Positions 10,294-21,506 of a DNA stretch of 64,000 bases are shown piece by piece. A program made the translations under genes and the position numbers. The stretch comes from Candidatus Bathyarchaeota archaeon. Its GTDB lineage: Archaea > Thermoproteota > Bathyarchaeia > 40CM-2-53-6. Each line of letters starts with the position of its first letter. Position 1 is the stretch's first letter. The DNA lies in assembly GCA_963835925.1 (NCBI GenBank), contig CAWIHH010000004.1, forward strand, positions 505,289 to 569,288, read 5' to 3'. The notes below the pieces were generated by a model. That model was not told the origin of the DNA. It did no database searches and saw only the letters and a program-made list of their open reading frames with translations.

Positions 10294-11028
10294 TCACCCA
10301 ACAGGCAGATGTAGGTTGCTCTCGGCCAACTTGATGTACGAGCTGACATTTTCCGCTTCGAGCGAAAGGAAGCCTTTCGTGAATCGAGCAACACCTCGAT
10401 AGAAATCAGTGCGTGCATCTTGAAGGACGGCATCACAGAATTTTGGAACCCATTGGGACAAGTGTTCAAGAAGAAAAGCCTCCTCTGATCGGAGGCACTT
10501 GATAGCGTCTATGTGGTTAGATTTCTTCCATAATTCCGTCTCATTCTCAGTCAAGTGCCTCATGAAGTCAAGCTCAACTCCGACGTAGTCAACTCGTTGT
10601 CCGGCCTTTTCGTCCATACCTACTCCTGCCTCTCTGTATATCTTCATCACATCTCCAATACCCTGTCTCGAATCCTGACCCGACCCCTCCTTGTAGACAG
10701 ACTCGTAGGGTGGAGGAGGCCCATAGCCACGTTTCAATCCTCGGAAAAGCCTTGTCCATTCTACAGCGAGTTCTTCTGCCAGCTTGTTTCGCGGACGATC
10801 CTTCGTTTCTTCTACGAATCTTTCCATCGTCCTCAGTCCTTCCTTCATCTCGCTAGAGACTTCATCAGACGCGGCTATTGACCTAAGTGACAGAAACTTT
10901 TCTCCGAGAAGGGTTGTAGCAAACTCATTGTTTGGAATTCGAACGTAGAGCGCACTCAAGAAGCCATATAATTTGCTTCTAGATTGAGCGAGTTGGCCAA
11001 ATTCGTCCGCAGAGATTGAGTCATCCAT
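10294..11028 (-). CDS. TorD/DmsD-family redox-enzyme maturation chaperone 1
   Basis: 244 aa with the motifs EWTRLFRGLKRGYGPPPPYESVY and DYVGVELDFMRHL, typical of TorD-like chaperones. Confidence 0.8.
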   Translation of the reverse strand: MDDSISADEFGQLAQSRSKLYGFLSALYVRIPNNEFATTLLGEKFLSLRSIAASDEVSSEMKEGLRTMERFVEETKDRPRNKLAEELAVEWTRLFRGLKRGYGPPPPYESVYKEGSGQDSRQGIGDVMKIYREAGVGMDEKAGQRVDYVGVELDFMRHLTENETELWKKSNHIDAIKCLRSEEAFLLEHLSQWVPKFCDAVLQDARTDFYRGVARFTKGFLSLEAENVSSYIKLAESNLHLPVG

Positions 11029-11067
11029 TAGAAAACATCACAGCTGAAAGTCATCTTCGTGATCATC

Positions 11068-11334
11068 TTAACGAGTACTAACATTGCTTTGTCCTTCGAT
11101 CCTAGAAAAAGATCTCAAGTAGGCACCACAGGACGAACAAAACTTTGGATCTTGCATGAGTTCGCTTCCACAAATTGGGCAAGTTGACAAGCGTTCCACA
11201 TCGGGACCAAATCCGTAGGCCATCCTAATATGTGCACCCCAAACATTGGACGTATCCCACACATGACAAGACCGGAGGCCGAAGACCGAGCATAGTTTGA
11301 GATGCTTTGGCGCATTACCGGATAAGTTTGGCAA
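11068..11334 (-). CDS. Small zinc-ribbon protein (start uncertain)
   Basis: C-terminal CPICGSEL..FCSSCGAYL CxxC pairs. The N-terminal part of the ORF is uninformative. Confidence 0.4.
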   Translation of the reverse strand: MPNLSGNAPKHLKLCSVFGLRSCHVWDTSNVWGAHIRMAYGFGPDVERLSTCPICGSELMQDPKFCSSCGAYLRSFSRIEGQSNVSTR

Positions 11335-11383
11335 AAAAAGAAGAACAGAAAAAGTGGAAAGAAAGGTTAATGTTTTTTTTGTT
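11335..11383 (-). terminator. Oligo-T tract downstream of C3
   Basis: Plus strand reads aaaaaaagaagaacagaaaaagtggaaagaaagg..tgttttttttg. Confidence 0.4.
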
Positions 11384-12424
11384 TTAGGTTTTCTTGGTTG
11401 CGGTTGTTAGTTTGGTTGTTGGGATGATTTTCGCAGCGACCACGTAGGCGGCGACTAGGATTACGAAGAAGACGCCTACCACCATGTAATCGAAGCCTTG
11501 TGGAATCATGGCTGGGAAATAGGTTTGAGGAGTCAAATCAGCCGCCTCAGGAACGCCCACAGAGACCACCAGGTACCGCACCAGCAGTCCGCCCGTTAAT
11601 AGTAGGAGGCTGCTGATGGCTGCGAGCAACGGAAGCCTGCCACCATTCTTCACACCCAACCCTAGCAGAGCTATGGGAAGTATGAGACCTGCAACAATCA
11701 AACCACCCCAGAACAACACCGAGAACGAACCCGACGTCAGGAGCATTCTAGATTCTAGTGCTGAAGGCACCATACCAGCCGTCACAGTGTAAAAGAACAA
11801 CACAGCCAACACGAAGACACCAAGCGCAAGCAAAGGCGCAACCAAACTTCTGATCATACCAGTTACCTGTTCATTCGCTTCACCAACACTACGCGCCTGG
11901 TAGACTCCGAGAACCATCACCGTCGCGGCAGTGCCCGTCATCAAAGCCACACCAATGAACAGCAACGGAAGCAACCCATTCTCCCAGAATGGGACATGGG
12001 CAAGACTCATGGCAACGCCTGGGTAGGTCATGACGCCAAGCGCTAGCACTGCACCGATGATCCCCAGCGCCCTTCGAAGCACAGTAGCCTTCTCTAATAG
12101 TTTGAACGGCCAAATCCACAACCCAATGTGTACCACTGACACGACCAAGAATGCTGTGATGAACACTGAACCAATCGCAATTAGGGAACCGAAGTTGCCG
12201 AAGACAGACATGAACCGTTCCGGACGCCCAAGATCCAACATCAGAAACAGCACGCCCCCAATCACCAGAGGAGCGCTAAGGAAGACACCGACCTTCGACG
12301 TGATCCTATTCCTCTCACCAAGATAGTCAGCTAAGACGCCTACAATGTACGCTCCGGCTCCAGCTCCGGCTAGGAAGAAGTCCCAGATCAGCAACCAACC
12401 CCACTCAGTCTGAACAGGAATCAT
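11384..12424 (-). CDS. NrfD/PsrC-type membrane anchor subunit C3, identical to C2
   Basis: The 346-aa translation is identical to that of 5583-6623. Confidence 0.85.
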   Translation of the reverse strand: MIPVQTEWGWLLIWDFFLAGAGAGAYIVGVLADYLGERNRITSKVGVFLSAPLVIGGVLFLMLDLGRPERFMSVFGNFGSLIAIGSVFITAFLVVSVVHIGLWIWPFKLLEKATVLRRALGIIGAVLALGVMTYPGVAMSLAHVPFWENGLLPLLFIGVALMTGTAATVMVLGVYQARSVGEANEQVTGMIRSLVAPLLALGVFVLAVLFFYTVTAGMVPSALESRMLLTSGSFSVLFWGGLIVAGLILPIALLGLGVKNGGRLPLLAAISSLLLLTGGLLVRYLVVSVGVPEAADLTPQTYFPAMIPQGFDYMVVGVFFVILVAAYVVAAKIIPTTKLTTATKKT

Positions 12425-12426
12425 GT

Positions 12427-12479
12427 TCTACAACTCCCCCTTGAAACCCACATAGTACACTGAAGGCCTCGTGCCAAGC
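12427..12479 (-). pseudogene. Orphan 3' tail of a B2-type ferredoxin gene, carried along with the duplicated C gene
   Basis: The sequence equals 6626-6678 (..LGTRPSVYYVGFKGEL stop) but has no upstream B2 body. The genuine B3 gene ends at 12510. Confidence 0.65.
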
Positions 12480-12509
12480 CAACTCCAAGTCGACTGTAAA
12501 GGCGTCAAC

Positions 12510-13163
12510 TCAAAAACTCCTGATGTAGTATACGGATGGCTTCGTGCCAAGCTCCGACTTAAGCTGCTGGCCTTGATATGTTCGTATGAGCCGTGACACT
12601 CCGCTGTTAGGATCGTCGAGGTCGCCGAAGGTCCTTGAGAAGGTTATGCATGTTCCTACGCATGCGGGTGAGGCTTCAGGATCTACTCCCGGTTTGAAGC
12701 CTTTCGTGATTCCAGAGTGGATCCTATCGACGCAGAAGGTGCATTTCTCGACGACGCCGACCATATGCTTAGCGTAACCGGCCTGCTCAAGAGTCGTCAG
12801 TCCCTTCTGGGGGTAGTATCCTTCAATCTTGTCGTTAAAGTGTCTCGCCCCGTAGGGACATGCTTGGATGCAGTAGCGGCAGCCGATGCACTTGTTGTAC
12901 TCGACGAGCACCATGCCTTCGTTGGTCTTATAGGATGCGCCTGTCGGACAGACTGAGACACATGGAGCTTTCTCACAATGCATGCAGAGAACGGGGAGTA
13001 GGGTTCTCGTACTGCTGGGCCACTTTCCAGATTCACTCTGCACAATATGCGTCCACAAAACCCCTTTCGCCGTGGAATTCTCCATCTTGCAGGCTAACGT
13101 GCATGCCTGGCATGCGATGCACCCGGCCATATCGATTACCATTCCATATCTTACCATCCTCAA
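12510..13163 (-). CDS. Four-cluster [4Fe-4S] ferredoxin subunit B3
   Basis: Cys groups are CIACQACTLAC, CMHCEKAPCVSVCP, CIGCRYCIQACP and CTFC..CVGTC. Confidence 0.9.
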   Translation of the reverse strand: MRMVRYGMVIDMAGCIACQACTLACKMENSTAKGVLWTHIVQSESGKWPSSTRTLLPVLCMHCEKAPCVSVCPTGASYKTNEGMVLVEYNKCIGCRYCIQACPYGARHFNDKIEGYYPQKGLTTLEQAGYAKHMVGVVEKCTFCVDRIHSGITKGFKPGVDPEASPACVGTCITFSRTFGDLDDPNSGVSRLIRTYQGQQLKSELGTKPSVYYIRSF

Positions 13164-13167
13164 TCAC

Positions 13168-15830
13168 CTATGCCTTGTACACCTTCACCTTGATGGCGTT
13201 CTCGAGGTTTGCGACCTGCTTGTCGCAGTAGTCGAAGCCCCAGGGGCGCAGCCGCATGTACTGGACGCCAAGGTGCTGCAGATTGTAACTCTTCACGACC
13301 TCATTCACCGCGTAGCCTCCTGGGTTTATGCAAATCCCCACAGCCTTCGGGTGTATACCCTGGGAGAGTTTAGCTATTCCTTGCACCTTGTCTTGGACTG
13401 ATTCCACCCAGAGAAGGTCTCCGTCGCTTATGCCCTTCGCTTTCGCCGTGTTTTCATTCATCCATAGGTAGAATGTATAGGGGTCTGTCTCTTGTGCTTC
13501 CATTAAGTAGGGAAGCGCCCGAGAATTTGTGGCCGAGAATCCGATCTTTCGATACGGCGCTGTTATGAGGTCGTACGGTGGCGTATCTTTGTGTATGAAG
13601 CTTGGGATCCAGCGCGGTAGCGGATCGTAGCTGGCGTAATCCCATTGAATACCTGCTTTGTCCATGTTCACCTTCAACGCATCTCCAACTTCCTTTTGCC
13701 ACTCCATGTAGATTGGAAGTCTGACCCCGAGCGTTTTGTACGGCTGGTACTGTGCCATCATATCCTCGGGCCCCTGTACGCCCCCGTTTTGCATTGCCCA
13801 TTGGAGATCCTTGCCAGTGATGGACGCGGCTATGTGACTTACAACATCCTTTGAGGTATACTTCGTATTGAGATCGAGTTTCTGATCTGCGGTCGGTATC
13901 TGTCCATTCAACCTGTCGTTGAGGCCACCCTTGCCGTAAAGGAAACCGGTTCTATCAGCGATTTCTATGTAGTTGTCGAGCACGTTAGGCAGGTTGTAGA
14001 GTGGGGTTACGACTGGCTGCGTGATCCATCCCTTCACTTCGATGCCAAGGTCGTAGCTCTGCATTGCAAACTGCCAGCCCTCGTGCATCGTGCTTTCGGG
14101 AATTATAATGTCCGAGTAAAGACCAGTCTCATCAATCAGATCGCTTATGGAGATTATGGTCATAGTGGCGTAAAGTTCCTCCAAGTCACTGGATGCGTAA
14201 TTCATGATAAGCGGGTTCGCCTTTCGCAAGAAGACAAGATCAGCCTTTTGGCCTCCGTAGTACTTGTCGGGGTGTGCCATCTTCAAGGAAGGAATCCAAG
14301 TCGTGCAAAACCCAATCGGAAAGAATTCACTGAGATCATTTGACGTGGGAGGATACACCCAAGGCGTCGCGGTCGGTGTAAGCGGGGCGTTTAGACCGTC
14401 AATCCATTTATTGAAGTTCCTGCCTCCGATTGCTGCGTTTTTACAATACCAGGCTCCGGGAACGCTTTGTGCACCTACAAGAGTAGGTAAGAGGTTCAAG
14501 GGCATACCCATGCTCTGGATTGCGGAAAGGTGACCTGACCCACTTCCAGCTCCGTGCGCAATAACGACTGGTCGGTATGGCAATACCACACCATTTATTG
14601 TAACGGTGCTTCCTATGCTGGCGGTATTACCCCACTCCGTTGCTAACCGTCGAATATCTTGAGCTGAAGCACCGGTAACGGTAGCAGCCCATTCTGGCGT
14701 GTACCCCTCCGTCCTAATTCGGTCCTTTAGGAGAGCAAACGCGGGGCTACACGGCTTGCCAGCCACTGTGTATGTTCCTTCCAGCGCATAGTCCTTGACC
14801 GCCTTGTCGTCATAGGTCTTAGCAACCTTGTCGACCGCATCCCAGACCATGGGCTTCTTCGTTGTCGGATCTCTCACGTAGTACCCATCGCTGCTGCCAA
14901 TGAGGTACGGTGCGTTCGTCCATTGCTTAAGGAACTGAGCATCATAAACTCCCTGTTCAAGAAGCAGAACGTAGACCATTCCAAGCGCTAATGCACCGTC
15001 AGTTGCTGGATGACAAGGAATCCACTCATTAGCCTTTGAAGCAGCAACAGTACCCAGGGGCATAAGGTTAACCACTTTCAGTCCCGCGCGTCTGGCGATC
15101 GCCAGACGACCAGATGACGCGTTTGAATGCGTACTTGTCTCACCTCCCCGGAGTAAGTCGCTTGAATCAAGAGTTTCGTCATATGTTTCGTATCGTAGTC
15201 CATGTCCATGACCCATCCTCCGGACATGGCAACATCGGTGTAATGGCCTGTTTCACACCAACTCATTCCCATGCCAATATTGGTACATGGACCCCTCATT
15301 GCTGAAGAAAACGAGCTACCGAACTGGCTGTTGTGCCCGCTCTGGTTGATGGAGAAAACACCATTTACACCCTTCGCTCGAACCTTCTTAATCATGTCCG
15401 CAACTGTGTTGTAGGCTTCGTCCCAGCTTATCTCAACCCACTTAGGATCTACACCTGGACCCTTCTCCGGGTTGGTTCTCTTCATCGGTGCCTTAACACG
15501 CCAAGGGTCGTAGATTCTCGTTATGCCTGCATTCCCATTTGCACAGATAGGGTGAAATCTTCCCACCTGCCCTCCAGACTCCCAGAGCCCATCGGGGTCG
15601 CCCTCTACCTTAATCGCTACACCGTTGACTCGGTGAACAATTACTTGATCCCATTCCTGACATTGATTACAAGTAGTCTTTATCCACACATCTTCGTTTG
15701 GAACGGGAGCTTGGGCGGCAGCAGACGCCTTTTCGACAAGGCCGTTAATTCCACCGCCAATCAAGAAATTGCTGAGAGTCGCTACAGCACCTGTTGCAGC
15801 GGTCAGTTTTAGAAAGTCACGTCTGTCCAA
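13168..15830 (-). pseudogene. CISM catalytic subunit A3 (Tat signal MDRRDFLKL), frame broken in a short C/G run near 15146-15149
   Basis: ORFs 15078-15830 and 13168-15216 overlap. ..DYDTKHMTKLLIQATYSG joins GETSTHSNASSGRLAIARRAGLKVVNLMP if one G is added. It is colinear with the other A subunits. Confidence 0.85.
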
Positions 15831-16220
15831 TTACAAAACACTGAAACGTCGCATTCTTGTAGATGAGCTCTTAATATCTCGCCATTTACCACTATATACC
15901 CTACAACAGACATCCAAACCATATACTTGGCTGCCTTGAAACTGCCGACGGTGTTTACACATGTAATTGGTCCATTGGAAAACATTTACCAAACGAATAT
16001 GCGATAAAGTCTGTGCACTATTTCAGTTGAATCTTCCCGACATGGTGATCGTAAAATATTCCGAGAACCACGAGAACGTAGACGTTCATTCGAATTTGGT
16101 TAGATCGCGCATTACAAAATGGCACGTCTCGCTGGTGACTAAAGCGGAAAGTGACGTTTGATGCTGAAATAGAGCGGGAAAGGTTATAGACGCGCGCTAG
16201 ATTGTCTTGCAAGTGGATTT

Positions 16221-16961
16221 TTGTCAGCAGATAGAACTTCTTCGACAACAGTAACGACCAAAGACTTTCACGAACTTGCCTCAGCACGGAGTAGGACCTA
16301 TAGTTTCCTAGCCTCCATGTATCTGAACGTACCGACCGATGAACTTGCCAATAGACTCCAACGTGGAGAAGTCGCAAATCTGAAAACGAAAGCCATCCCC
16401 GATGAGAAGCCCTCTGAAATCACAAGTGGGTTCGAACTTCTGAGTCAATACGCAGCCGATATTCATGAGAAGCCAGTTCACGCGCTGGCTGAAGAGCTTG
16501 CTGTGGAGTGGACTCGTCTCTTCCGAGGATTGAAACGTGGCTATGGGCCTCCTCCACCCTACGAATCTGTCTACGGCGGAACAGAACGAACTATGGGACC
16601 TGCAGCGATTGACGTTTCAAGAATCTACGCTGAAGCAGGTGCAGGTCTTTCAAAAGAGCTGCATCAGCTGCCTGACTACATAGGCGTCGAACTAGACTCG
16701 ATGCGATTCATGTGCGCCAAGGAAGCGGAGGCCTGGAGCCAAGGCAAGGTTGAGGACGCGAGACGGATGCTGCAGCTTGAAGGAACATTGCTCAAGGACC
16801 ATCTTGCGGCGTGGATTCCGAAGTTCTGCGATACCGCCATGGAAGAAGCGAAGAACGAATTTTACACAGCTGTACTGAAGATCACGAAAGGCGTAGTAAT
16901 TTCAGAAACTGATCAAGTAGACGACCTGATAGCCACAGCTAATTCTGCACAGGCTACCTAG
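16221..16961 (+). CDS. TorD/DmsD-family maturation chaperone 2
   Basis: 246 aa with the block LAEELAVEWTRLFRGLKRGYGPPPPYESVY and the motif DYIGVELDSMRFM. Confidence 0.8.
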   Translation: MSADRTSSTTVTTKDFHELASARSRTYSFLASMYLNVPTDELANRLQRGEVANLKTKAIPDEKPSEITSGFELLSQYAADIHEKPVHALAEELAVEWTRLFRGLKRGYGPPPPYESVYGGTERTMGPAAIDVSRIYAEAGAGLSKELHQLPDYIGVELDSMRFMCAKEAEAWSQGKVEDARRMLQLEGTLLKDHLAAWIPKFCDTAMEEAKNEFYTAVLKITKGVVISETDQVDDLIATANSAQAT

Positions 16962-17697
16962 AGAACCGCCAATAAGAGAGGTACATTATGTCTCTCGTCG
17001 TCAACAGTCCAGGCGAACGCTTTGAACCATGCTGACGTCTTAGAGCGTTCATTCTGAGCATCTGTCCCTGAACGACTGATGCGGCCTCCTGCCATGAACG
17101 GTATTCGGGAAGCTGATACTTAGTGACCACCCAGTTTTCTATTTCAGAATCGACATCATCGATCGCATAGGCGTGCAACATGAACGGATATTCCGAGAGG
17201 ACGTGCTCCATGAATGTTCTGGAGAGGCTCTCGACGCGTTCGGAGATGTCACTCCCTCGGCCGACGCCGTAGCAGCGGAACCAAGGCGCTTTCTCGCCGC
17301 TGCTATAACGTTTGAGGAAGGGCTCAAGTACGATAGTGATGTGGTCCCTTTCGATTATCGGTAGAAATGGGTACAGGCGACAGCGAAGTGGCCTGTGCCC
17401 AAAAATGCTACAGTGGTTCTGTTGATCCCTGTCGTAGAATGTGCAGGTTCCTCCGACGCCATGCATAGGTTTAGGCACAATGAGTTTCTGGTTGCCCTTG
17501 CGCTTCTGAGTAAGGTTTTTCCTTATCGCGTCAGGGAGTTCGGGAAGTTCGCTTGGAAAGTAGAATGGATGAAGGCAGCAGTTCATGCAAGCCAGTTCAC
17601 ATTCAAATTTACTGATAGTGGTCGGATGCCAAATGATGGGCGCATGCTCAGCAAAATATGCGTATGCGTCGGTCTGCAAGTTGCTTCTTGCCGTCAA
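16954..17697 (-). CDS. YkgJ-family (CxxCxxCC-type) Fe/Zn-binding cysteine-cluster protein
   Basis: CELACMNCC near the N-terminus and GTCTFYDRDQQNHCSIFGHRPLRCRLYPF, which matches the second YkgJ/UPF0153 motif. It converges on TorD2 with an 8-nt overlap. Confidence 0.65.
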   Translation of the reverse strand: MTARSNLQTDAYAYFAEHAPIIWHPTTISKFECELACMNCCLHPFYFPSELPELPDAIRKNLTQKRKGNQKLIVPKPMHGVGGTCTFYDRDQQNHCSIFGHRPLRCRLYPFLPIIERDHITIVLEPFLKRYSSGEKAPWFRCYGVGRGSDISERVESLSRTFMEHVLSEYPFMLHAYAIDDVDSEIENWVVTKYQLPEYRSWQEAASVVQGQMLRMNALRRQHGSKRSPGLLTTRDIMYLSYWRFSR

Positions 17698-17924
17698 ATC
17701 TCTATACCAAGCATTTCAAAGTTCTGGCTTGAAACCTCATGTGAAGCCTACAACACACTGGACGCCTATCGTGACAACGATTCCTAGCATTTCAGTTCTG
17801 CAGCCCAACTGAAAATCCACAAAGAATCTCGACCCCCCCCAGTTTCGAGTCCCTCGCGTCGTAAATGGAAATTCGTGAAAATCCATCAGGTGTCTAGACG
17901 ACAGGAGCTCTCTTTGAGGAGAAC

Positions 17925-17975
17925 CTAGAAGAGAAAAATGGAAAGAGAGCGGTTGTTTATTTCTGGAGTCGAATT
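17925..17975 (-). terminator. Oligo-T tract downstream of B4
   Basis: Plus strand reads agaagagaaaaatggaaagagag. Confidence 0.35.
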
Positions 17976-17993
17976 TGTGTTTGCTGTTGCTCT

Positions 17994-18648
17994 CTACAAT
18001 TCTTCTTTGAAACCCGCATAGTATACTGAAGGTTTCGTGCCAAGCGCCGGCTTCAACGGCATCGCCCGCAGTTTGATGATCTCCTGTGAGATTTGACTAT
18101 TCGGATCATCCAGATCACCGAAAACCCGCGCACGTCCTAGGCAAGTGTTCACGCAGGATGGGGTCAGCGTCCCGGTCCACACCGGGTTTAAGGCCGTTCT
18201 TCACGCCCGCATCAACACGTTGAACACAGAACGTACACTTCTCCACGACGCCTACTTGGTGTTGCGCGTATGCTCGGTTCTCCCAAGCCGTTAGGCCTGA
18301 TGGATAATAGCCCTCAATGCTAGCCATGAAGTGACGTGCTGCGTATGGACATGCTTGCATGCAATACTTGCATCCGATGCACTTGTCATAGTCCACCAGC
18401 ACAATCCCGTCAGCCCGCTTGTGACTCGCACCTGTTGGGCAGACCGCGACGCATGGCGCATTCTCACAGTGCATACACAACGTCGGAATATAGAACCTCC
18501 TAGCGTTGGGATACTTTCCAGTTTCACCTTCAATTGCTGCAGCCCAAAATATGCCTTTAGTAGTCTTGTTCTCAGCTTTGCAGGCGGATGTGCACCCATA
18601 GCATGCGGCGCAACGGGACACTTTGATTAGCATACCATAATGTGTCAT
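17994..18648 (-). pseudogene. Ferredoxin subunit B4, about 97% identical to B2 but with a 1-nt insertion at about 18166
   Basis: gggtcagcgtccc here versus gggtcgcgtccc in B2. The gene splits into ORFs 18115-18648 and 17994-18182. Confidence 0.85.
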
Positions 18649-18658
18649 TGCAATTCAC

Positions 18659-21431
18659 CTAAGCCTTGTACACCTTCACTTTGACGCAGTTCTCAAGTGT
18701 CGCATTGAGTGTGTCGATGTACTCGAGCTTGTCAGGTCTCAAAGCTTGGTGCGCAAGTCCCAGGTGTCTGTCGCTGAGGCTTTTGGTTACTGAGTTTGCA
18801 GCCCATTTGCCAAAGTGGCGGCTTACCGCGATCACCCTCGGGTGAATTGTTTGCGAAACCTTCGCTCTAGCTTGGTTTTTGCTGTTTTCTGACTCAACCC
18901 AGATTAGATCTCCATTTGCTATTCCCCGAGCCTTCGCCGTGTCCTCGTTGATCCAGACGTAGAGTCCATACGGGTCTAGTTTTTCGCTTATGTCACCGAT
19001 CCATGGGTTAGCCTCAGTGCTCATGAAACCTCCAGTGTTTTGTAGATAGGCAACCTCGACGAGGTCGTATGGCGGTGTGTCAGTGTTGATGTGGCTTGGG
19101 ATCCACTTGGGTAGGGTGAAGTAGTCATCATACTTCCACGTCACCCCGTTCTTCTCGTTGTTCTGCCGCAACTGGTCGGCGATTCGCTTGTGCAACTCCA
19201 CGTACATGGGAAGCCTCAGCTTCCGGTTCTTGTACCACTCCATGACGCCCAAGCTGATTGCCGTCGCAGGTGCGATGCATTGGCCCGAGTTAGCCAGAGC
19301 CGGATCCAATCCCGGAATGGTGGCTATGGGGCCACCGTTTTCCTTCCACCAGTCGAGACCCTTTCCGTTGGTGCTGTAAGAGATCGCGTCGAACATTTGT
19401 TCGGTTGTGTACTTCTTGTTCAGGTCGAGTTTGTACTGGGCGCCGAGGCCGGCGTTGACTAGGTCATTGAAACCACCGGGCCCATATAGGGCGCCTGTCC
19501 TGTCGCATAATTCTACGAAGACGTCGTAAATGTGCGGTATTGGGTTGAGCGGTTCCACGACCGGCTGCTGCAACCAGCCTGCGGTTTGTAGGTACTCTTC
19601 AAGGTAGCATCTATCGGGTAGAATTATGTCTGCAGCGTCTGTGGGTTCCTCCAGGAAGATGCAGGAAAGCGCCACGAATGGAGTTGTGCTCAGAATGTCT
19701 AGAATCGTGTCTATGGCGTACATGGACATGAGGCCGTAGGCGTGGCCGAACGCCGAACTCAATGTGATTTGCGCCAGCCCCCCACAGGTCTTTCGGATTC
19801 GACATTGTCAAAACCGAGACGGCGCCGAGGTGGTCTCCAAAGGGTAGCAACTCCTTGAGTTCCGGCGTCTTAGGTGGAAACGCGTACTTCCATGGCGCGC
19901 GGTGCATAGTGTAGGCTGCGTCCGGATGCGGTATGAGACCGTCCTTGCTGGCCTGCCATGTCAGTTCGGCCGCTCCGCCTACGTAGCCCATCCCTGAAGA
20001 ATAGACTCCTCCGGGTACGTCCAGTCCTCCGATTATCATGGGCAGGAGGTGGGTGCTCCATTCGTTGGCTGATCCATGGACGTGATTTGTCGGGCCTGAG
20101 TGGTAAAAGGTTCCAGCAGGTCTCAGCGGGTAGACTTTTCCTCCGATGGTGACCGTGCTGCCCACCTGGGCTGCTTGGCCGAACTCGTTGGCTATGCGGC
20201 GAATCGTCCCGGCAGGGACGGTGGTTATTGGTGCAGCCCATTCCGGTGTCATCTGCTTGACAGTGTCCTTGAGCAGTTGCCAACCTGGATTCGTGGTTAC
20301 TCCGCCAACTGTGAACGTGCCCTCAATCGCGTAGTCTTTGAATGTTGGATCGTCAAAGGTCTTCGCCTTATTATCGACCGGATCCCAGATCAGAGGCTTG
20401 TTCGTCGCTGCGTCTCGGGCGTAGTAGCCGTTGTCGGCTCTAACAAGGTAGGAGCCGGTCGTCCACTTCTTAATGTAATCCGGATCGTACACGCCCATCT
20501 CGTGGATGAGCACGTTGAGCATCGCAGACGCGAAGGCGCCGTCGGTTGAGGGAAGAATCGGAATCCACTCGTCAATCGTGTTTACGCCAGTCGACATTAC
20601 TGGGTTTACATAGACTATTTTCATACCTCTCTCATGCGCGTTTGTTAGAGGCTCCATCATCGTTATTGCCTCGTTGACAAAGCCCCGTTCGGATCCGAAC
20701 ATTATGACGTAGTTGCCGTATTGGAAATCTGGGCTTTGTTGGAATGCGCCGTGAAGCAACCTTCCGAGGTAGTGCGTAACGTGACCGCACCAGTTCATTC
20801 CCATGTCGACTGAATAGCTGTTGCCGGCCATGGCTTGTTTGAAGGCTGTGTAGAGTGCTCCCTGAGAGTAGCTTGTTCGCGAGTAGTCGTTGAACCACAT
20901 TACGCCGTTGGCTCCTTTTGCTCTGACTTGCTTCGCCTGCGCGGCGATTGTGTTGTAGGCTTCGTCCCAGCTGATCTCAACCCACTTCGGATCTATGCCT
21001 CGACCCTTCTGAGGATTGGTCCTCTTGAGTGGAACCTTGACGCGGTAAGGGTCGTAGACGTACCAGAAACCCGCATGGCCTCTCGCGCACAACTTGCCCC
21101 TGTTTCTCGTATCAGGGAACCCTTCGATCTTGCTGATCATTCCATCTACAACGTGAACGTTGATGTAGTCAATCACCGAACAGATTCTGCACTCGCTCTT
21201 GATCCATTGGTCTTGTGTGGGTGCAGTTACAGATGGCGCTCCTGCTACCAGTGTCTTTATCGGTCCGACTAATGTGAAGTCGCTGAGAGCCGCAACTGCT
21301 CCAAGACTTCCTGAAAGTTTTAGAAAGTCCCTCCTTGAAACTAGATTTTTAATTTCTGAAGTTTTGTTAATGGTTTCACCGATCACTTCTTGCTTCAACT
21401 TTCTACTTCCTTTTCGGTTTGTGCGTAACAA
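18659..21431 (-). pseudogene. CISM catalytic subunit A4 (Psr/Phs-like), with a 1-nt insertion at about 19750
   Basis: ..NHIEFG (g) FGHAYGLMSMY.. is split between ORFs 19611-21431 and 18659-19762. It has an SRRDFLKL signal. The probable start is the TTG at 21398 (KQEVIGE). Confidence 0.85.
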
Positions 21432-21506
21432 CGCCTGTCCGTAGAACCTTTTACGATGTGACTAACGATTCTATATGTGACATCGTACTTTCGGAATTCT
21501 ATAAAT

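Larger units (their letters stand above)
11374..12479. repeat. Copy 2 of the ~1.1-kb identical duplication
   Basis: See 5573-6678. Confidence 0.85.

Noticed and set aside
17831-17860. A C8 run followed by AGTTTCGAGTCCCTCG looked like a T-arm, and it shares CCCCAGTTT with hairpin repeat B.
   Set aside because: No tRNA-like stems can be formed, and a 9-nt match is not significant.
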